From Haliotis rubra (lineage: Eukaryota), in the NCBI RefSeq assembly GCF_003918875.1, contig NW_025767457.1, forward strand, positions 434,001-498,000: 64,000 nt of DNA, given 5' to 3'. The notes beneath the pieces are model-generated. The model was given only the letters and a program-made list of their open reading frames with translations, had not been told where the DNA came from and ran no database searches. The stretch's first letter is position 1. Each line of letters begins with the position of its first letter. A program made the position numbers and the translations under genes. This document shows, one piece after another, positions 11,262 through 22,315 of the stretch.

Positions 11262-13150
11262 AAGATCCACTGATATACCCACTTATTGTATTTGGGTTCA
11301 ATGAGCAATGTGCAGAGAAACCAGAGCATATTAAACATTAAGTTCATTAACAAATGTGATCCATCAAGGGAAAACATCGTGTACTTTGATGTCATTAGTC
11401 AAGTAATCCCCAACGATTGGTATTTTCCAATACGGACATTATTTTGCTTTCAGCTTAAATTAAAATGCTTTGGAAATACTCCTAAAAGGTAATTTATATT
11501 CACGATCTGTTGAAATTCGTTAAAGTTATATTTCAAAAACTGTTGATACTTGCAAAAGAGCAAGCAAATCAGAAAATGCTTCCAATCTTGATACAAGATT
11601 CTTTTGCTGAAAAGGAGCCTCTACACTTGATTCCCGGGGAACGGGTTTCGTCTCATGTCGGCCCTGAAACAGCAACACATTATTTTCATTTCTTATTGAG
11701 CACATTTTCTTCTCTTGAGGGTAGCCGCACAACCCAAGAGACCAACGATAATGGATTAGTGTTCTTCAAGGAAGCAACGGAGCGCCATTGCCTTCTGCAC
11801 CAAGGATAAATTATTAATCCCATCACCTTTTATCATTTCTGCTGATGGTCATAAAGATCAAAGCCCATTCAGATAACAAATCACTTTTAAAGTTATTTAA
11901 TATCTTTCCGTCGACATTTTCAACATAGAATAATAAATTTGTGAATGGTGACTGGATGATGGATGATTTCAACCATTACAGCGACGGGTAATGCATTCTA
12001 ACATGTTGTCCATCATGTGATCAAGTAATGCCCCCAAGGGTGACGAATACTTGAGAAACTTAATGCCAAATATGAAGCATCAATTCAAATAAATAATGTC
12101 AATGTTATGGTGAAATCCCTTTCTCTGAAGGGCTTGACTTTTCAATTATTGGCGAAATTGCTTGTTGAAATGTTTCAGCTTACCTCAGCCTCGTCTGTTC
12201 ACCTGCTAGCACTCATTCTAATATGGAACTTCAAGTGCAGAGAATAGTCAACTATCTGTCTGAAGTCAGCCCTATTGTTAATTAATCCACAGGTGCTTCC
12301 ATATCCCCATGTCTGACCAATCTTACTATATTCTATGTACATGGACGTCAGGATATACGTATTCAATGCAAACGTTCTTAAAACTTATTTTACCGCATGT
12401 TCAATCGATACTGGGTCTATGCACACAACAGAAGAGAAAATGTGCTCTGACAATGTACGTTGACCATGATAAAGGTTCATCTACATGGGTGACCGGAGCC
12501 TGAAAATCTACAATCCTTTCTTCAGCATTTCAGAGCCTTTTACTCACACCACATTAAGGGCAGTGTGAAAAACACTGAGCTATGGAACAATCACATTTGT
12601 AGAAGTGGGCAGTTAAATTACAGACTGATCCGTGTTGCTGAGTGAAATCGATTCAAACCCATTAAGACCCAATACACGTAAGCCAAGACAATTTCTCAGA
12701 CGCCCTAAGGTGAAAACTCGAACCCTCCTTTTATACTGATGGAGACCGAGAGATGTTTATGCTTATACACAGAAGTAAAAAAGAAAGTCAATGAATTCTG
12801 ACTCTTGGTTTCTTGCCTCAATGTTGGAGAGTGTAGTCACAGAGGTACTGGGAGGAACGTGAGAAAAGACGTACGGCGGGTAAAGAGCGGTTGAGCTAAA
12901 TGACACAACGCTTCGGAGAGCTGGTCACACTTAATTACTTGCGGTGAAACCCACTTCCTTCTTTTAATGCTTTGCTTTTCCTTTTATAAGGCACTGCTTA
13001 TCGAACTCGCACACACCAATTTCAGGCCAACTGGAAGAGGATTGGGTTTGAAAAGACATGACTTTTTATTTAAAGGGCCTTGGCGTACGTAACAAGATGT
13101 TTAACCCTCAGGTGAGCCACATTTAGCAGTGGCTTGGTCTCTGGTTATGT
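11262..13150. repeat. Module A, longest copy (unidentified, coding-like relic)
   Basis: Matches 1775-2760, 20015-21330 and, inverted, 6585-7385; its distal part is re-duplicated at about 13290-13515. Confidence 0.85.
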
Positions 13151-14249
13151 AGAGTGATGCGAGCTAGATGGACAAGTTGTAGGTAGGGTTACCACCACTA
13201 ATTCCAGTGCAACTTCCGCCACTACCACCTGACGATCCAACACTTTAACATCCAGGCTACCCACATCGCACAGGATCCGATGGGGTTAACAGGGAGATGT
13301 TTATGCTTATAGACAGAAGTGAAAAAGAAAATCCTTGGTTTCTTGCCTCCACTTTGGAGAGTGTAGTCACAGTGAATCTGGTGAGTACAGACGGCGGGTA
13401 AAAGGCGGTTAATTTGAATGAAAACACAACGCTTCGGAGAGCTGTCACGCGTAATTACTTGCTGGGAAACCCACTTCCCTCTTTTAATGCTTTGCTTTCT
13501 TCAAGGCATTGCGTATCAGTAGGGAATTATTCATCATTATCTATCAGCCAATAGAATGTTACTTTTCTTTATCACCCGCCAGACATTTAATGTCATGTTC
13601 TGTGACAGGGTATTGAACTTTACAAAACGGGGTATCTCTCGATGCATTTCACTGACCAAAGGAAATGTGTCCATGATGCATATTGTCAGCTATAAACATA
13701 TCTGTGATATAACTAGTCTGAAATGTCTGATGAATGATAAAGAATAGTAACTTTGTATTGATAATGATGAACATTTCCCTAATGCGTCATAACCATGGGT
13801 TCAATTAAGGATATTGTATGGTATGCATCATCACCAGTGGACAAATAAATGCTTTCCAGAATTTGGATAGATTTCCGTTTATCATGCCTACTATTATTGT
13901 CATCGACAAATTGACAACCCCAAGAATGAACATCTACAGACCACACTCTCCCACACTATTAGAACAAATCACGTTCAAAAGCAAGGCGACCTAACGCTAT
14001 TGTGATGTGAAATTCATATAGGTCCCCATTATTCCCATTGTGAAACAGGGGCACGATATTTTAACACGACAATGCAAAGTACAAACAGGATTATTCCTTT
14101 GGACCAAAATGTACAGGTTCTCCCGTAACCCTCTCATTTATAATTCGTTGGATCTATGGGACGAGTTGGGACGATTACAATAGCGTCATCCTTAACCTCA
14201 ACTGTCTGTACATGACAAGTGGGCTTTCACTGTTTATACTGTGATCGTG

Positions 14250-14474
14250 TGGTTGTTTAACACCTCACTCAGCAATATTCGAACTATATGGTGGTGGTCT
14301 GTAAGTAATCGAGTCCGGACCAGTGATCAACAACGTGGGCATCGATCTACACAATTGGGATACGATGACATGTGTCAAGCAATTCAGCGAGCCTGACCAC
14401 CCGATCCCGTTACTCGCCTCCTACGACAAGCATGGGTTACTTAAGATCAATTCTAGCCAACATGTTCAAGGGTC
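14250..14474 (-). mobile_element. SINE family A copy that predates the tandem duplication
   Basis: gagcctgaccacccgatcccgttactcgcctcctacgacaagcatggg; twin at 25172-25390. Confidence 0.85.
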
Positions 14475-15249
14475 TGGTCGACAATGACAGGAAGGTTGCA
14501 AGTCATATTGGAAACGTGCCCGTGGTTGTCCTGTTTGTAACAAGTAGTTACTCATCAATTGTACAGATGTACTGTAAATGCATTTTACTTGATATGATGA
14601 TTTGGGTATTCGTTTCTTGAGGGGTGTTTGGAAATAGTTTCAGCTTGAATCTGCGTCTCTTAAAACCACGTGGGACCACATATATTGAATATAATTCACA
14701 CATGATAATTGGCGTTTTTGATGTTATAATCATTGCTATTGGAAAAGCCATCGCGTTCCCCAAGTTTCATAAGTGACTACTGATATTGTCCCTGTCTGGA
14801 GCAACTGCAGTGCAACCGGAAGCAGGGATTGTCTGTTAATTTATTGGTGTTATGTCCTAGTGGGTCTATATACGGCTGCACGATATTCTCTGCTAATATT
14901 CAAAGTGTGCCAAGACGCATTCTTACATTGATTCGTAAGAATTGCTGTTTGGCGACTGGCTCCAGTATTCAAAAGGGAAGACCGTAAGGTAATCTTAATA
15001 TGACGACCAGAAATAAAAAAAAACTATACAATACAGATAAATATAAAACTCTAGAGGACAACCATCCGCGGAAATCGATTCCATTGAGCGCAAAGGCCAA
15101 AATAGTGACTAATTAACTTAGAATATGTAATGTGGCCATTCTTATCAAGGTCGTCCATAAGAGAGGATTTCCTAACGAGGTCTTACTGTATAACGTCTCA
15201 TCTGACATGTTTTATATTTTCAGTGATCTTTGTCTTTTCAGTTCTGTGG

Positions 15250-16171
15250 TAAAATCAGAAACTAGTGATTTACAATATAGACAAGAATTTAATCAATTAA
15301 AAACTAAATATAATACATACAAATCCTTTTTTACAGATGGGTAAAAGGACGGTGGCGCAGTGGCCTGTGCCACTGTCATTGGATCCAGAACAATATCTTT
15401 TAGATTACCGGATAACAGCTCTAATTTTACAGTAGATGCCAATGCCATCTTAACAGCGCTTAAATATATAAAAACATCCTAAATATAAACAATATATAAT
15501 ATTTTCAGACTCCCTTTCGAGCCTTCAGGATATTAAAAATCTTTTTTGTAAACATCCACTTTTAATAGAAATAATTGAATTATATAATGATCTTCTGGCC
15601 AATACGACATCGTCTTCTGTTGGTTACCCAGCAACGTTGGCATTTCTGGGAACACAATGGCCGATCTTGCTGCTAAGGCAGCACTCAACAAATCTGTGAC
15701 ACCACGTCTTATTCCATACTCCAATTACAAAGGAACCATTCGATTCTACATTCGTGATCTAATGCAAAAGAAGTGGGAAACCCAAGTAGGCATAAATAAG
15801 TTTCCTGAAATTAAACCAACTATCGGTTACACCTACTTGGGTTGCCAATCCCATTTGAAGAAGTCATCATGTGACGATGTTGCATTTGCCACTCAAGATA
15901 CACCCACGAATAAGGATCCTCTGTGATGTATCTCTTGTGATGAAAGAATCCCGAGCGAGCATGTCCTGCTTGACTGTATTGATTTTTCCATCACAAGGGA
16001 TAAATATTTCAATGTCAAACCTGTGAAGGATCATTTTAGTAAAGTTTAACTATCATTTGATAATTGAGTTTTTAAAAGAAATAGAGTTGATTGATAAATT
16101 TTGATTTGTATGTTTTGTGAATAGATAAATGATATCTTATAATCGGTAGAATAAATTAGCAACTAAGATAG
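15250..16171 (+). mobile_element. I/Nimb LINE 3' fragment (RNase H to C-terminus), decayed
   Basis: KSETSDLQYRQEFNQLKTKYNTYKSFFTDG..., MADLAAKAALNKSVTP; twin at 26155-27525. Confidence 0.9.
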
Positions 16172-16735
16172 TAAGATCTCTTCAATTGAGTGGTCTGCAT
16201 TGTCATATAAAATAAGACATATATCTAGTAAATATCTATTTTGTAAAATGTCACTTATGTCAGCTAACAAAGTCTCTCTATTTTTTATAAAACGGGGTCA
16301 AGCCATGAAATAATGATATACATTTTCACAAAGACATCCACAAGAACATTATGGATCGGTTATAATGTTGATTTTGTACAAATCATAGTTGAGCGTACAT
16401 TGTATCTTATCTTATCTTGTATGTAAAATATTTAGCTTTCGTATACCAGATGAATAGTATGATGGGCACTATTACACAATGTTTCAATAGTTCTTTTAAA
16501 TGATGGAATGGAGCTACAGTTTCATATAGTTGATGGGAGATTGATGGCTTTTAGAGTTGAGGGAATAAATGAAGAGGCTGAATATTTAAGTCTTGTATTG
16601 GGCACAGTATAATGTTCAGCGTTACGTAAGTTATAATGAGCATTATATTAATTAGTCTTCTGTTGAAAACACTACACATCAACTGAGGTAAGACGTGGTT
16701 GTTCAGTCTACAGTAGAATGCGTCTTTGAGCGATA
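16172..16735 (-). mobile_element. CR1-like LINE fragment (duplicate of 8115-8400, without the internal deletion)
   Basis: Minus strand includes CSCGCLCENVYHYFMA, a C-terminal Cys/His motif. Confidence 0.6.
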
Positions 16736-18804
16736 CTTTGAGTGATGGAGAATGCTTGAGGGCAACATAATCTCACAGACATTTTATATTTGTATCCACA
16801 ATCAGAGTAAACTCAATAATGAAAATAACGATGACAATGATGAAGATAGAGTAGAAATATTGATACAGTGTCTGGATGTCGAGCAACCAGCGACTGTCGT
16901 AAGTCAACGTTGAGATATTGGGGTTACCACCGTCAAATCCCTACGAAATATTTGTGAATGGATCCGCTACATGCTATCATAAAGCATATCATTTGAACAA
17001 GGTTACGTACCTCTGCTGACTGTCATCCAAAGAAATCACGAAATCTGTATTTCTCACATCGATAAACGTTGTTTACATTCTCGTGGTTGCAGTTAGAAAT
17101 CATTGTTTAAAACATGCACACACTTTCTTCTAGTTGCTCTTCTGTTAGTTTTAGGATTTCCTTCTGTCAACGAAAGCAGATTTCAGCCGGAATTGCCGTC
17201 AGTCTATTTCACAACAATGAATGCTATTGATCGTAATCGATCGCGACAAATTTAATATCAACATCGTGGGGAGGAAAGGAAAGTCTGTGGGGAGGGTTTT
17301 CCTTTCACGATCTAAGCGTTAAAACTCAATAATTGGATTTCAGAGAGTTTGACATGAATGGCTCTGTTCTGCAAAAAGAGTAAAGAGCAAAACATCACGT
17401 TATGGGAATCCATCAGGAAACATGTCGCTCTCACAGGAATTAGTCTGAACATGGAGCTGCGTTATCCGCTACTGGTGTCTCTGATTACAATATCAAGAGA
17501 TTGTTGACGTATGGACATTCCATAAGAGCAATAATACCATTAGCCACCATAATGTCACCGACGCAACATTAATGGGGAATGGTTTTTATGTATCTTCGAA
17601 GTGGGTGAGTTATTATTGGTATGTTTGAACCTTGTCCAATTAGCGGAATTGTGTTCTGAAGCACGTGAGTATGGTACCTACTGATGATTTAAATGATAGT
17701 TCTTAGTCACGACCAAAACCTTTAATTTGTTACACTGTACCACGATCACCGTACCCCCAAATATGCATAATATGTCCTCTACATTTACCCATTCACTGCA
17801 GGACAGTAAAACCGTCGACCGAAAAATATATGACTCATTTGTTCAATCTGTCAATCAATATCAGACAACTCATATTACATTCCACGATTTTTCGCAACGT
17901 TATAGAATGAACAATTCTCGTACACATGCTTCGTATTGTGTCCACATCGGAATTGTAAAAGTAAATATACAGTACTAAATAACAAAAATACAAGTGAAAA
18001 TTACAAGTTTCCAAACATACATCTAAGTTACTATTTTCATCTTTTCGTGCGTAGTGTGATGTCGGTCACAGGTTGCCTCCTATCGCCAAGTAATTACTTG
18101 GTCAGATTTGTTCATCTTTCTTTTTCTACAAAGGAAGTTACAATGCCATCAATTTTCATTCACGCACATGGTGATTATTTTCGAAAGCCCGAGGACAATC
18201 TTTCACTCGTGAGAACCGTGTCCTTTAACGATGCCAGAATTATTTAAAAAATGTCGTGTCCGTACACACCTAAAATAAAAGGAAATGTGGTGAGAATTAA
18301 GTTGATTACAGTTCATGGTATTTACGGTAGTTGATGTTTCATGCTGTTGAAGTGTCAGATTACTGTTGTTAGAAGACTATGTTAGTTGAAGCTGTCAACC
18401 AAGGTTATATTGTCAAACTAGAAAGTGTAGGAGTAGTGAGTGAGTGGGTGAGTAAGTGGGAGAAGGAGTGAGACTTAACGCCAAACTGATCAATACTCCA
18501 GGAACATCATGGCGCGTCCGTCTTGTGTGAGAAGAAACTGCAATAATCCAGGTTAACGCAGTAACTGCGGAATAGGGGTACTGGTATCGCTGTCAAATGA
18601 AAGTAAAGAATGGAACAAATCCCAACACGGACTGCATCACACCATGACACCAGGTGTCCAGAACAATGCTCTTCTGCTAACCATCTCAGAGTGTCCCGTT
18701 TGATTGTGGGCTATACACGGAAGACCACGGAAATGTTTTACTTATGAATGAGAGTTATACTTTCACTTGAACACGTTTATGTTTAGAATTGAAAACAAGA
18801 GAAA

Positions 18805-19200
18805 AAACCCGGGTTAGAATTGGTTTTGAATAACCTATGCTTGTCGTAAGAGAAGACTGGGAAGGTGGAATAGCCTTGTGGTTAAAGCGTTCGTTCTTCA
18901 CGCCGAACACCTGGGTTCGATTCCCCACATGGGTACAATGTGTGAAGCCCATTTCTGGTGTCCTTCGCCGTGATATTGTTTGAATATTGCTAGAAGCGGC
19001 GTAAAACCATACTTACTCACTCACTCACTCACTAAGAGGCGATTAACGGGATTGATTGACACAAGACATCATATCCTTTGCGTAGATTGATACTCATGCT
19101 ATTGGATTGTCTGGTCCAGACTCCATTATTCACAGACCGAAGCTGGAATATTACTGAATTCGACGTTAAACAAAAAACAAAGAAACAAACAAAACAAACA
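18805..19200 (+). mobile_element. SINE family A copy interrupted by a nested family B SINE
   Basis: ccgggttagaattgg...atgcttgtcgtaagag [insert] taagaggcgattaacggg...gacgttaaac(aaac)n. Confidence 0.8.
18860..19032 (+). mobile_element. SINE family B (tRNA-derived head plus Nimb-type tail)
   Basis: A box tagccttgtggtt, B box ggttcgattcc, tail gcggcgtaaaacc...(cact)n; degenerate 12 bp TSD taagagaagact / taagaggcgatt. Confidence 0.88.
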
Positions 19201-19689
19201 AATGAATAAGTTAGGTTATAATGACGTAGCTAAGAGAGAAAATTTTCCCCCAGTTTTACTATTCAGACCTACAAGCTTTACAACAGTATCGATGCAACTA
19301 ATTGCTTCACAGATACGTTTAAAGATGGCAAAATGGCACATGGCCACATACCCTTTGGACAGTGAACTGCAATGCATTGATAGTTGGTTAAAATGTCCCC
19401 CGTTTGGGTCCAATTAAGTCCAATGACCTGTCGCCACAAGGTCACAGATCATGACATTAAATGTCTGATGAATAGTAAAGAATAACATCTTTGTACTGGC
19501 TGATATTTTATTCACGAACATTTCCCTAATGCTTCATAGCTATGGGTCCATTTAAGAATATGTATTGAATTAGTACTAATGGAAAAATATATGCTTCATG
19601 GTTATACGTATCCCGTCAAATACTGTCCTCGACGAATTGAGGCTCTAAAAATGAAATGTGTATGAAAATCTACAGACCACAATACCCCA

Positions 19690-19960
19690 CGATATTAGAA
19701 CAAATTAGGTGCAAAAGCAAGACGACTTAACGCTATTGTGATATGATGAATTCCTACAGCTCGACATCATTCCCATTATGAAACATGGGCACGATATTTT
19801 AGCAGGACAATAATGGACCACACACATTATTATTCCTTTGGACAATGCACAGGTTCTCTCGTGGCCGTCTTATTCGCTTGATCTAAACCTGAGAGAAATC
19901 TGTGGGACGAGTTGGGACGAGAATGTCATCCTGAACCTCAACTGTCTGTACATGCACTAT
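19690..19960 (+). pseudogene. Highly decayed Tc1/mariner transposase remnant (paralogous copies at about 13950-14210 and 22050-22310)
   Basis: With frameshifts reads QDNNGPH...QVLSWPSYSLDLN...NLWDELGR, matching the Tc1 QDN..H / WP..SPDLNPIEN.W motifs. Confidence 0.6.
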
Positions 19961-21540
19961 AGGCCGAGTTAGCTAGAACAAAGGGTAACTCGTCAGCTGC
20001 CGAAAGATTGTTGCTCTATACTTGATTCCAGGGAACGGGTTTCGTCTCATGTCGGCTGAGAAACAGCAACACATTATTTTCATTTCTTATTGAGCACATT
20101 TTCTTCTCTTGACGGTAAACGCACAACCCAAGGGACCAACGATAATGGATTTGTGGTTCTCGAGTGAAGCGACGGAGCGCCATTGCCTTCTTCACCGAGG
20201 ATAAATTATTAATCCCATCACCTTTTATTACTTCTATTGATGGTCATAAAGATCAAAGCCCATTCAGATAACAAATCACTTTTAAACTTATTTAATATCC
20301 TTGGGTCGACATTTTCAACATAGAATAATAAATTTGTGAATGGTGACTGGATGATGCATGATTTCAACTATTACAGCGACGGTAATGCATTCTAATATGT
20401 TGTCCATCATGTAATCAAGTAATGCCCCCAAGGGTGACGAATACTTGAGAAACTTAATGCCAAATATGAAGCATCAATTCAAATAAATAATGTCAATGTT
20501 ATGATGAAATCCCTTTCTCTGAAGGGCTTGACTTTTCAATTATTGGCGAAATTGCTTATTAATGTTTCAGCTTACCTTAGCCTCGTCTGTTCACCTGCTA
20601 GCACTCAATCTAATATGGAACTTAAAGTGCAAAGAATTATCAACTATCTGTCTGAAATCAGCCCTATTGTTAATTATTCCACAGATGCCTCCATATCCCC
20701 ATGTCTGACCAATCTTACTATATTCTATATACATGGACGTCAGGGTATATGTATTCAATGCAAACGTTCTTAAAACTTATTTTACCGCATGTTCAATCGA
20801 TACTGGGTCTATGCACACAACAGAAGAGAAAATGTGCTCTGACAATGTACGTTGACCATGATTTATGTTCATCTACATGGGTGACCGGAGCCTTCAAATC
20901 TACAATCCTTTCTTCAGCATTGCAGAGCCTTTCACTCACACCACATTAAGGGCAGTGAGAAAAACACTGAGCTATGGAACAATCACATTTGTGGAAGTGA
21001 GCAGTTAAGTTATAGAACTGCTCCGTCTTGCTGAGTGAAATTCAAACCCATTAAAACCCAATACACGTAAGCCAAGACAATTTCTCAGACGCCCTAAGGT
21101 GAAAACTCGAATCCTCATTTTATACTGATGAAGACAGAGAAATGTTTATGCTTATAGACAGAGGTTAGAAAGAAAGTAAATGAATTCTGATTCTTGGTTT
21201 CTTGGCGGGTAAAAGGCGGTTAAGTTGAATGAAAACACAACGCTTCGGAGAGCTGTCACACGTAATTACTTGCTGGGAAACCCACTTCCCTCTTTTAATG
21301 CTTTGCTTTCTTCAAGGCATTGCGTATCAGTAGGGAATTATTCATCATTATCTATCAGCCAATAGAATGTTACTTTCCTTGATCATTCGCCAGACATTTA
21401 ATGTCATGTTCTGTGACAGGGTATTGAACTTTACAAAACGGGGTATCTCTCAATGCATTTCACTGACCAAAGGAAATGTGTCCATGATGCATATTGTCAG
21501 CTATAAACATATATGTGATACAACTAGTCTGAAATGTCCG

Positions 21541-21811
21541 ACCCGAGAAGATCCGGGGTAGAATAGGTCTTCAGCAACCCATGTGCTTGCCATAAAAGGC
21601 GACTATGCTTGTCGTAAGAGGCGACTAACGGGATCGGGTGGTCAGTTTCGCTGACTTGGTTGACACATGTTATTGGTTCCCAATTGCGCAGATGGACGCT
21701 CATGCTGTTGATCACTAGATTGTCTGGTCCAAACTCAATTATTTACAGGCCGCCGCCATATAGCTGGGATATTGCTGAGAGCGGCGTAAAACTAAACTCA
21801 CTCACTCACTC
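21541..21811 (+). mobile_element. SINE family A, young copy with TSD
   Basis: TSD ctgaaatgtc(c/t)ga; empty site ctagtctgaaatgtctgatgaatg at about 13713; internal duplication of tgcttg.c.taa.aggcgacta; (cact)n tail. Confidence 0.92.
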
Positions 21812-22315
21812 TGAAATGTCTGATGAATGATAAAAAATAGTAACTTTGTATTGGCCGATAATGATGAACATTTCCCGAATGCGTCATAACCATGGGTTCA
21901 ATTAAGGATATTGTATGTATGCATCATCACCAGTGGACAAATAAATACTTTCTAGAATTTGGATAGTTTTCCGTTTATCATCCCTTTTATTCTTGTCATC
22001 GACAAATTGACAACCCCAAGAATGAACATCTACAGACCACACTCTCCCACACTATTAGAACAAATCACGTTCAAAAGCAAGACGACCTAACGCTATTGTG
22101 ATGTGAAATTCATATAGGTCCCCGTTATTCCCATTGTGAAACAGGGGCACGATTTTTTAGCACGACAATGCAAAGCACAAACAGGATTATTCCTTTGGAC
22201 CAAAAATGTACAGGTTCTCCCGTAACCCTCTCATTTATAATTCGTTGGATCTATGGGACGAGTTGGGACGATTACAATAGCATCATCCTGAACCTCAACT
22301 GTCTGTACATGACAA

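Larger units (their letters stand above)
8115..16171 (+). repeat. Tandem segmental duplication, unit 1
   Basis: Colinear blocks: 8115-10800 with 16172-18060; 11620-16130 with 20015-27030. Confidence 0.9.

Noticed and set aside
18860-18935. tRNA genes here and at 35670-35736, 39930-39990, 60110-60182
   Set aside because: They lack a proper acceptor stem and continue into SINE bodies and tails, so they are SINE heads
21541-21632. Canonical HDV-like or pistol ribozyme assignment for the SINE A 5' end
   Set aside because: The CTAA junction and AGAATAG linker are reminiscent, but P1/P1.1/P4 (HDV) and P2/P3 order (pistol) could not be built; kept only as an unclassified candidate
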